DNA from: Acidimicrobiales bacterium
GTDB taxonomy: Bacteria > Actinomycetota > Acidimicrobiia > Acidimicrobiales > AC-14
Direction of reading: 5' to 3'
Assembly: GCA_051004925.1 (NCBI GenBank)
Contig: JBPCJV010000256.1
Location: 1-30,291, forward strand
Length of the DNA: 30,291 nucleotides
This document shows positions 16,039-23,321 of this stretch, piece after piece; the stretch's first letter is position 1; each line of letters starts with the position of its first letter. Under the pieces are notes generated by a model that saw only the letters and a list, made by a program, of their open reading frames with translations, was not told the origin of the DNA and ran no database searches. The position numbers and the translations under genes are program-made.

Positions 16039-17139
16039 TCAGGCGCCGAAGACGGCGGCGAGCTCCTCGGGCACGACCACGTCGAGCTGGGCGTAGGTGC
16101 ACGACTGGGGCCTGCGGTCGGGCCGCCACCGTTGGAAGTGGGTGGCGTGGCGGAACCGGTCGCCCTGGAGGTGGTCGAACGCCACCTCGGCCACCAGCTC
16201 GGGGCGCAGGGGCTCCCACGAGAGGTCGCGCTTGGCGTTCCACCGGCTCTGGGCGCCCGGCATCCGTTGGGGATCGGCGTCGCCGGGCACGCCGTCACCG
16301 GGCGCGGTGTCTCCGGGCTCCCCGGCCCACGCGGCCCACGGGTGGCCGTCGAGGGCGCCGGTGCGCAGCGGCGCCAGCTCGTCGACCAGCTCCCGCCGCC
16401 TAACCATGGTGAAGGCGGCCGCCACCCCGACGTGATGGAGCACCCCGTCGGCGTCGTACAGGCCGAGCAGGAGCGACCCGATCACTCCGCCGCTCTTGTG
16501 CCAGCGGAACCCGGACACCACGCAGTCGGCGGTGCGCTGGTGCTTGACCTTGAGCATCACCCGCTCGTTCTCGCGGTACGGCAGGTCGACCCGCTTGGCC
16601 ACCACGCCGTCGAGGCCCGCACCCTCGAAGCGCTCGAACCACTGGGCGGCCACCGTCGGGTCGTCGGTGGCCGGGGTGAGGAAGACGGGGGGGCGGGTGC
16701 CGGCCAGCGCCTCGGCGAGCAGGGCCCGGCGCTCGACGAACGGACGGGGCCGCAGGTCGTCGTCGCCCAGGGCCAGCATGTCGAAGGCGACGAACGAGGC
16801 GGGGGTCTGCGCGGCCAGCATCCGGACCCGTGAGTCGGCCGGGTGGATGCGCTGGAGGAGGGCCTCGAACTCGAGCCCGCCGTCGCCGGCGATGACGATC
16901 TCGCCGTCGACCACGCACCGCGCGGGCAGGAGGGCCCGGATGGGGTCGGCCAGCTCGGGGAAGTAGCGGGTCAGCGGGCGTTCCTTGCGGCTCCCGAGCT
17001 CCACCTCGTCGCCGTCGCGGAACACGATGCAGCGGAACCCGTCCCACTTCGGCTCGTACACGAGCCCCTCGCCCTCGGGCAGGGTCCGAGCCAGCTTGGC
17101 CAGCATCGGGCTCACCGGCGGCATGACAGGAAGGTCCAT
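16039..17139 (-). CDS. ligC: ATP-dependent DNA ligase, LigC type
   Basis: PVSPMLAK, YEPKWDGFR (adenylation Lys), DGEIV, GLDGVVAK, MLKVKHQRTADCVV and RFRH...RWRPDR. Confidence 0.92.
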   Translation of the reverse strand: MDLPVMPPVSPMLAKLARTLPEGEGLVYEPKWDGFRCIVFRDGDEVELGSRKERPLTRYFPELADPIRALLPARCVVDGEIVIAGDGGLEFEALLQRIHPADSRVRMLAAQTPASFVAFDMLALGDDDLRPRPFVERRALLAEALAGTRPPVFLTPATDDPTVAAQWFERFEGAGLDGVVAKRVDLPYRENERVMLKVKHQRTADCVVSGFRWHKSGGVIGSLLLGLYDADGVLHHVGVAAAFTMVRRRELVDELAPLRTGALDGHPWAAWAGEPGDTAPGDGVPGDADPQRMPGAQSRWNAKRDLSWEPLRPELVAEVAFDHLQGDRFRHATHFQRWRPDRRPQSCTYAQLDVVVPEELAAVFGA

Positions 17140-17174
17140 TCTTCAGAGGTTAGGAGGCCGGGTAGCTTCCCGGG

Positions 17175-19913
17175 ATGGCAACCGCGAGCGGCGACGAGCC
17201 GGCGCCGAGGGCGACGTACCGGGTCCAGCTCCACGCCGGGTTCGGGTTCGACGACGTGGCCGCCATCGCCGGCTACCTGGCCGACCTGGGCGTCAGCCAC
17301 GTCTACTGCTCGCCCTACCTCCAGGCCGCGGCGGGAAGCACCCACGGCTACGACGCGGTCGACCACAGCCGTCTCAACGTCGAACTCGGCGGTACCGAGG
17401 CCTTCGAACGCATGACCCAGGCCCTGGCCGCCGCCGGCCTCTCGCAGGTGGCCGACATCGTCCCCAACCACATGGCCGCCGTGGGCGCGCAGAACCGTTG
17501 GTGGTGGGACGTCCTGGAGAACGGGCCGTCGAGCCGGTGGGCCGACGCCTTCGACATCGACTGGGGCCAGCCGGTACCCGCGGGGGGCGACGGAACGGCG
17601 CGGGTCCTGCTGCCCATCCTCGGCGACCACTACGGGCGTCTCCTGGAGGCGGGCGAGCTGTCGCTGGCCCGGGAGGGGGCGTCGTTCGTGGTCCGGTACG
17701 CCGACCACACCGTGCCCATGTCGCCCCGCACGCTCGACACGCTGCTGGGGGGAGCCGCCGACCGCTGCGGCTCCGAGGAACTGGCCACCCTCGCCACCGC
17801 CCTCGGCCGCCTCCCACCGGCGACGGCCACCGACCGGTCCAGCCTGGGGGAGCGCCACCGCGACAAGGAGGTGCTGGGCCACCTGCTGGCCCGCCTCCTC
17901 AGCGACGAGCCGGCGGTGGCTGCCGCCGTCGACGGCATCGTGTCGGTGACCAACGCCGACCCCGACGCTCTCGACGCCCTCCTGGCCCGGCAGAACTACC
18001 GGCTGGCCTACTGGCGGGTGGCGTCGGAGGAGCTCGACTACCGGCGCTTCTTCGACATCACCAGCCTCGTGGGCCTGCGCATGGAGCTGCCCCACGTGTT
18101 CGACGAGACCCACGAACTGATCCTCGGCCTGGTGGCCGACGGCACGGTGACGGGGCTGCGCGTCGACCACCCCGACGGCCTGCGCGACCCCGAGGGGTAC
18201 CTGTGGAGGCTGTTCGAGGCGGCCGGGGGCACCTGGGTGGTGGTCGAGAAGATCCTCGAGCCGGGCGAGGAGTTGCCTCCGACGTGGCCGGTCGCTGGTA
18301 CCACCGGCTACGACTTCCTCAACCTGGTTGGCGGGCTGTTCGTCGATCCCGACGGCGGGGAGCCGCTGACCGAGCTGCATGAACGTTTCACCGACACGGT
18401 GGAGGGCTACGCCGACGTCGTCCGGGAGAAGAAGCACCTGGTCATGAAGGAGGCCCTCGCCGCCGACCTTCGTCGGGTGGTCGACCTGGCGGTGGCCGTC
18501 TGCGGTGAGGACCGGCGCTACCGCGACTACACGCGCCCGGAGGTGTCGGGCGCGCTGGCCGAGCTGGTGGCCTGTTTCCCGGTTTACCGCACCTACGTCC
18601 GCCCGGGCCACGCCGCGTCCGACGTCGACGTGGCCCACGTGGCCGTGGCCGCCGAGGACGCCCGCACGCGGCGGCCCGATCTCGACCCGGAGCTGTTCGC
18701 CTTCCTGACCGACGTGCTGCTCCTGCGCGTGCCGGGCGCGGGCCCGAGCGGCCCCCTGAGCGGGATGATCGCGGCCACGGAGCTGGCCCTGCGCTTCCAG
18801 CAGCTCACCGGCCCGGTGATGGCCAAGGGCGCCGAGGACACGGCCTTCTACTGCTGGCGCCGGCTGATGTCGCTCAACGAGGTCGGGGGCGACCCGGCCC
18901 GCTTCGGCACCACGGTCGCCGAGTTCCACCAGTCCAACCGGCGGGCCGCGGTCGCCACGCCGTGCGGCCTGTCCGCGCTGTCGACCCACGACACCAAGCG
19001 CAGCGCCGACGTGCGGGCCCGCATCGGCCTGTTGTCGGAGATCCCCGGCCCGTGGGCGCTGGCCGTGCGCCGGTGGTCGGCGATGAACGAGGCCCACAAG
19101 ACCGACGGGCTCCCCGACCGCGGCGCCGAGTACCTGCTCTACCAGACGCTCGTCGGGGCCTGGCCCCTTCCCGCCGACCGAGCGGTCACGTTCATGGAGA
19201 AGGCATCGCGCGAGGCCAAGGAGCACACGTCGTGGACCCGGCCCGACCCCGCTTACGACCGGGCCCTGGCCGCCTTCGTCGAGGCGGTGGTGGCCGACCC
19301 GGCGTTCGCCGCCGACCTGGCTGCCTTCGTGTCGCCCCTCGTGACGCCCGGGCGGGTCACGTCGCTGGCCCAGGTGCTCCTCGCCGTCACCTGTCCCGGC
19401 GTGCCCGACTTCTACCAGGGCTCGGAGCTCTGGGACCTCAGCCTGGTCGACCCCGACAACCGGCGCCCCGTCGACTATGAGATCCGGCGACGGCTGCTGG
19501 AGAAGGTGTCGTCAGCGGTCCCGAGTGGCCCACTGAGCGGGGGACAGGGCCCCGACGACGTGTGGCCGGCTCCGATCGACGACGAGGGCACAGCCAAGCT
19601 TTGGCTCGTCCACCGGGCCCTGCGTGTCCGCCGGGCGCGGGTCTCGGCCTTCGCGGTCGGGTCGTCGTACGAGGTGCTGGCCGTGGCCGGGGAGAAGGCC
19701 GATCATGCCGTGGCCTTCTGCCGCGGCGGCCAGGTGGCGGTGGTGGTCCCCCGGCTCGTCGTCGGGCTGGGCGGCGACTGGGCCGACACGACCGTCCCCC
19801 TTCCCCCGGGTCGGTGGACCGACGCCCTGGGGGGCGAGACCGTGGACGGCGGACCGGTCTCCCTGGCCGGGCTGCTCGCCCGGTTCCCGCTGGGCCTGTT
19901 GGTGGCGGAATGA
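17175..19913 (+). CDS. treY: Malto-oligosyltrehalose synthase
   Basis: PRATYRVQL, GSTHGYD, DIVPNHM, YRRFFDI, GLRVDHPDGL, RFQQLTGPVMAKG.EDT, LSTHDTKRS and PDFYQG.E.WDLSLVDPDNRRPVDY. Confidence 0.96.
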   Translation: MATASGDEPAPRATYRVQLHAGFGFDDVAAIAGYLADLGVSHVYCSPYLQAAAGSTHGYDAVDHSRLNVELGGTEAFERMTQALAAAGLSQVADIVPNHMAAVGAQNRWWWDVLENGPSSRWADAFDIDWGQPVPAGGDGTARVLLPILGDHYGRLLEAGELSLAREGASFVVRYADHTVPMSPRTLDTLLGGAADRCGSEELATLATALGRLPPATATDRSSLGERHRDKEVLGHLLARLLSDEPAVAAAVDGIVSVTNADPDALDALLARQNYRLAYWRVASEELDYRRFFDITSLVGLRMELPHVFDETHELILGLVADGTVTGLRVDHPDGLRDPEGYLWRLFEAAGGTWVVVEKILEPGEELPPTWPVAGTTGYDFLNLVGGLFVDPDGGEPLTELHERFTDTVEGYADVVREKKHLVMKEALAADLRRVVDLAVAVCGEDRRYRDYTRPEVSGALAELVACFPVYRTYVRPGHAASDVDVAHVAVAAEDARTRRPDLDPELFAFLTDVLLLRVPGAGPSGPLSGMIAATELALRFQQLTGPVMAKGAEDTAFYCWRRLMSLNEVGGDPARFGTTVAEFHQSNRRAAVATPCGLSALSTHDTKRSADVRARIGLLSEIPGPWALAVRRWSAMNEAHKTDGLPDRGAEYLLYQTLVGAWPLPADRAVTFMEKASREAKEHTSWTRPDPAYDRALAAFVEAVVADPAFAADLAAFVSPLVTPGRVTSLAQVLLAVTCPGVPDFYQGSELWDLSLVDPDNRRPVDYEIRRRLLEKVSSAVPSGPLSGGQGPDDVWPAPIDDEGTAKLWLVHRALRVRRARVSAFAVGSSYEVLAVAGEKADHAVAFCRGGQVAVVVPRLVVGLGGDWADTTVPLPPGRWTDALGGETVDGGPVSLAGLLARFPLGLLVAE
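18740..18765 (+). repeat. Dispersed 26-bp intragenic repeat, copy in treY
   Basis: gggcccgagcggccccctgagcggga; 23/26 match to the reverse complement of the copies at 24694 and 24724. Confidence 0.7.
19517..19542 (+). repeat. Dispersed 26-bp intragenic repeat, second copy in treY
   Basis: ggtcccgagtggcccactgagcgggg; 22/26 match to the same consensus. Confidence 0.65.
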
Positions 19914-19932
19914 TCGCCCGACAGGATCGGAG

Positions 19933-21660
19933 ATGAACGACGCGTTGGAGGTGTGGGCGCCCCGGGCGACGGAGGTGGCGGTCGTCCTGGGGGACCGGCG
20001 GCTGGACATGGACGGCCCCGACGCCGATGGCTGGTTCCGGGCCGAGCTACCGGCCGACGCTGGTCTGGATTACTGCTTTTCGCTCGACGGCGGCCCGCCG
20101 CTTCCCGACCCGCGTTCGCCGTGGCAGCCCGAGGGTGTCCACGGCCCCTCCCGGCGGGTCGGCCACGACGCGTTCTCCTGGAGCGACGACGGCTGGGCCG
20201 CCCCGCCGCTGGCCGACGCTGTGGTCTACGAGTTGCACGTGGGCACCTTCTCGCCGGAGGGCACGTTCGACGGCGCCGTGGCCCGCCTCGGCCACCTGGT
20301 CGACCTCGGGGTCACCGCGGTGGAGGTGATGCCGGTGGCCGAGTTCCCCGGCCGCCGGGGGTGGGGCTACGACGGCGTCGACCTGTGGGCCCCCCACTCC
20401 GCCTACGGGGGCCCCGGCGGCTTCAAGCGCCTGGTCGACGCCTGCCACGCGCACGGCCTGGCCGTGGTGCTCGACGTGGTCTACAACCACCTGGGCCCCG
20501 ACGGGAACTACCTGCCGCAGTTCGGGCCCTACTTCACCGACCGCTACTCCACACCGTGGGGCGAGGCCATCAACTTCGACGGGCCCGACAGCGACCCGGT
20601 GCGGGCCTTCGTCGTCGACAACGCCTGCATGTGGGTGCGCGACTACCACGTCGAAGGGCTGCGTCTCGACGCCGTGCACGCCATCGCCGACATCTCGGCC
20701 ACGCACGTGGTGGAGGAGGTGGCCGACGCCGTGCACCGGTTGGCCGACGACCTCGGGCGACCGGCCTGGGTCGTCGCCGAGAGCGATCTCAACGATCCCC
20801 GGGTGGTGCGGGACCCGGAGCTGGGCGGGTGGGGCTGCGACGCCCAGTGGAGCGACGACTTCCACCACGCCCTGCACGCGGTGCTCACCGGGGAGCGCAC
20901 CGGGTACTACGGCGACTTCGGCTCACCGGCCCAGCTGGCCAAGGCCCTCGGCCAGGCCTACGTGTACGACGGCTGCCGGTCGGACCATCGCCGCCGCCGG
21001 CACGGGCGCCCGCCCACCGGGGTGGCGCCCTCCCGCTTCTTCGGCTACCTCCAGAACCACGACCAGGTGGGCAACCGGGCCGCAGGCGAACGCTCGGCGG
21101 CGCTCATGGGGACCGGCCGGCTGAAGATCGCCGCCGCCCTCGTGCTGTGTTCGCCCTTCGTACCCATGCTGTTCCAGGGCGAGGAGTGGGGGGCGTCGAC
21201 GCCCTTCCAGTACTTCACCGACCACGGCGACGCCGACCTGGGCCGGGCGGTGAGCGACGGCCGGCGGCGGGAGTTCGCCGCCTTCGGGTGGGACCCCGCC
21301 GACGTGCCCGACCCCCAGGACCCCGGGACCTTCGACCGTTCGCGGCTCGACTGGGACGAGCCGGGCCGGTCACCGCACGCCGAGGTGCTGGCCTGGCACC
21401 GCCACCTCATCCGGTTGCGCCGCGAGGTGCCGGCCCTGTCCGGGGGCGAGACCGAGGTTCGCTACGACGAGGAGGCGGCCTGGCTGGTGGTTGACCGGGG
21501 GCCGGTGTCGATCGTGTGCAACCTGGCCGGGGGCGAGCAGCCCGTGCCTCTGGGCGAGGGCCGGCAGGGCGCCGCCCTCGATCCCTCGTTCGTGAGCCTC
21601 CTCACCGACGACGGACGTGCCGTGGTGGTCCCTCCGGAGACCGTCGTGATCCTGGGGTGA
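19933..21660 (+). CDS. treZ: Malto-oligosyltrehalose trehalohydrolase
   Basis: VWAP, PDPRS..QPEGVHGPS, YELHVGTF, WGYDGV, DVVYNHLGPDGN, GLRLDAVHAI, QWSDDFHH, QNHDQVGNR and PMLFQGEEW. Confidence 0.96.
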   Translation: MNDALEVWAPRATEVAVVLGDRRLDMDGPDADGWFRAELPADAGLDYCFSLDGGPPLPDPRSPWQPEGVHGPSRRVGHDAFSWSDDGWAAPPLADAVVYELHVGTFSPEGTFDGAVARLGHLVDLGVTAVEVMPVAEFPGRRGWGYDGVDLWAPHSAYGGPGGFKRLVDACHAHGLAVVLDVVYNHLGPDGNYLPQFGPYFTDRYSTPWGEAINFDGPDSDPVRAFVVDNACMWVRDYHVEGLRLDAVHAIADISATHVVEEVADAVHRLADDLGRPAWVVAESDLNDPRVVRDPELGGWGCDAQWSDDFHHALHAVLTGERTGYYGDFGSPAQLAKALGQAYVYDGCRSDHRRRRHGRPPTGVAPSRFFGYLQNHDQVGNRAAGERSAALMGTGRLKIAAALVLCSPFVPMLFQGEEWGASTPFQYFTDHGDADLGRAVSDGRRREFAAFGWDPADVPDPQDPGTFDRSRLDWDEPGRSPHAEVLAWHRHLIRLRREVPALSGGETEVRYDEEAAWLVVDRGPVSIVCNLAGGEQPVPLGEGRQGAALDPSFVSLLTDDGRAVVVPPETVVILG

Positions 21661-21673
21661 CCCGGCCCCCCCT

Positions 21674-21724
21674 CGTTCTTTCAGCGATTTCCAACATCAG
21701 GCGTTAGAAATCGCTGAAAGAACG
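21674..21724. terminator. 18-bp inverted repeat hairpin between convergent genes (REP-like or terminator)
   Basis: cgttctttcagcgatttc at 21674-21691 and gaaatcgctgaaagaacg at 21707-21724. Confidence 0.65.
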
Positions 21725-21740
21725 GGTTGGATGGGTGGGA

Positions 21741-22796
21741 TCAGTGGGTGGCGGCCCAGGCGACGAGGTCGTCGGCGGTGCGGGTGTTGACCACGGATTC
21801 GAGGGGCACGTCGGCCTCGGCGGCCCGGGTGCAGCCGTTACCCAGCCATTCGAGCTGGCCGGGGGCGTGGGCGTCGGTGTCGATCGACACGGTGCACCCG
21901 GCAGCCACGGCCTGGCGGAGCAGGCGCATGGGCGGGTCGAGGCGTTCGGGGCGGGAGTTGATCTCCACGGCGGTGCCCGTGGCCACGCAGGCCGAGAACA
22001 CGGCGTCGGCGTCGAAGGTGGACTCCGGGCGCCCGCCGCCTCGCCCCCGTCCGGCGGTGTCGGTGGGCCCCTTCGCCAGGAGGCGTCCGGTGCAATGGCC
22101 GAGGATGTCGACATGGGGGCTCTGCACGGCGGCGACCATGCGCCGGGTCATCTCCGGCGCCTCCATCCGCAGCTTCGAATGCACGCTCGCCACCACCACG
22201 TCGAGCGATGCCAGCAGCTCCTCCTCCTGATCGAGGGTGCCGTCCACGAGGATGTCGACCTCGATGCCGGTGAGGATGCGGAACGGGGTCAGCTCGTCGT
22301 TGAGGGCGGCGACAACGTCGAGCTGCTGGCGCAGGCGGTCGGGCGAAAGGCCGTGGGCGATGGTCAGCCGGGGGGAATGGTCGGTGAGCACGACGTACTC
22401 GTGGCCCAGGTCGCGCGCCGCCCTCGCCATCTCGTCGATGGGGCTGCCGCCGTCGGACCAGTTCGAGTGGGTGTGGCAGTCGCCGCGCAGGGCGGCGCGG
22501 ATCTCCGCGGCCCGACCGGCGAGTGGTGCCGCCTCGGCGGGTGCCACGTCGTCCTCCAGTCGGGCCAGGTACTCGGGCACCCGCCCGGCCACGGCCTGGG
22601 CGATCACCTCGGCCGTCTTCTCGCCGATGCCCTTCAGATCGCGCAGGCGCCCCTGCTCGGCCCGGAGCTTGACGTCCGCCGGGTCTAGGTCGGACAGCGC
22701 GGAGACGGCGCCCCGGAAGGCCCGCACCCGGTAGGTGGGGGCGCCCGACCGCTCCAGCAGGTAGGCGATGCGCTCGAGGGCCTGGACGGGGTCCAC
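21741..22796 (-). CDS. PHP domain protein with a PolX-like N-terminal helical/HhH domain and no polymerase core
   Basis: YRVRAFRGA and LKGIGEKTA lead directly into GDCHTHSNWSDG, TDHS, GIEVDI, HCTGR, EINSRPER and DTDAH. Confidence 0.88.
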   Translation of the reverse strand: MDPVQALERIAYLLERSGAPTYRVRAFRGAVSALSDLDPADVKLRAEQGRLRDLKGIGEKTAEVIAQAVAGRVPEYLARLEDDVAPAEAAPLAGRAAEIRAALRGDCHTHSNWSDGGSPIDEMARAARDLGHEYVVLTDHSPRLTIAHGLSPDRLRQQLDVVAALNDELTPFRILTGIEVDILVDGTLDQEEELLASLDVVVASVHSKLRMEAPEMTRRMVAAVQSPHVDILGHCTGRLLAKGPTDTAGRGRGGGRPESTFDADAVFSACVATGTAVEINSRPERLDPPMRLLRQAVAAGCTVSIDTDAHAPGQLEWLGNGCTRAAEADVPLESVVNTRTADDLVAWAATH

Positions 22797-22825
22797 GAAC
22801 CGGGCAGCGTACCGTCGTGGGCGAG

Positions 22826-23317
22826 ATGACCCATGTCGTGGTGCTCGCCGACACCCACATCCGCCAGGGCTCGACGCGCCGGATGTCCGACGCCGCCTAC
22901 GCCCACCTCGACAGGGCCGACGTCATCCTCCACGCCGGCGACGTGCTGGTGGGCGACGTGCTCGACGAGCTGAGCGGGTTCGCGCCCGTGCACGCCGTCC
23001 TGGGGAACAACGACGCCGAGCTCGTCGGCCTGCTCCCCGAGACACGCCTGCTCGACCTCGAGGGACTGCGCATCGGGATGATCCACGACAGCGGGCCCTT
23101 GACGGGCCGGGCCGGCCGGATGCGACGGCGGTTCCCCGACGCCGACGTTGTGGTGTTCGGCCATAGCCACATCCCGTGGGACACCGAGGGGGTCGACGGC
23201 CAGATCCTGTTCAACCCCGGTTCGCCGACCGAGCGGCGGGCCCAGCCCTCTCGCACGCTGGGCACCCTCGACATCGACGACGGCCGCCTGGTCGCCCGCC
23301 ACATCCATCAGGTGTGA
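22826..23317 (+). CDS. Metallophosphoesterase, YfcE/MJ0936 family
   Basis: ADTH, HAGD, GNND, IHD, GHSH and NPGS motifs. Confidence 0.9.
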   Translation: MTHVVVLADTHIRQGSTRRMSDAAYAHLDRADVILHAGDVLVGDVLDELSGFAPVHAVLGNNDAELVGLLPETRLLDLEGLRIGMIHDSGPLTGRAGRMRRRFPDADVVVFGHSHIPWDTEGVDGQILFNPGSPTERRAQPSRTLGTLDIDDGRLVARHIHQV

Positions 23318-23321
23318 GGCT

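Noticed and set aside
17112-19226. 704-aa antisense ORF and other long shadow ORFs (e.g. 4871-6376, 2768-4105, 24354-25853, 28491-29882)
   Set aside because: They overlap well-supported genes, are Arg/Gly/Pro-rich without motifs, and are expected in high-GC DNA with few stop codons.
21741-22796. Full DNA polymerase X
   Set aside because: At 351 aa it goes straight from the HhH region into the PHP domain, with no GS.RR / DxD polymerase core.
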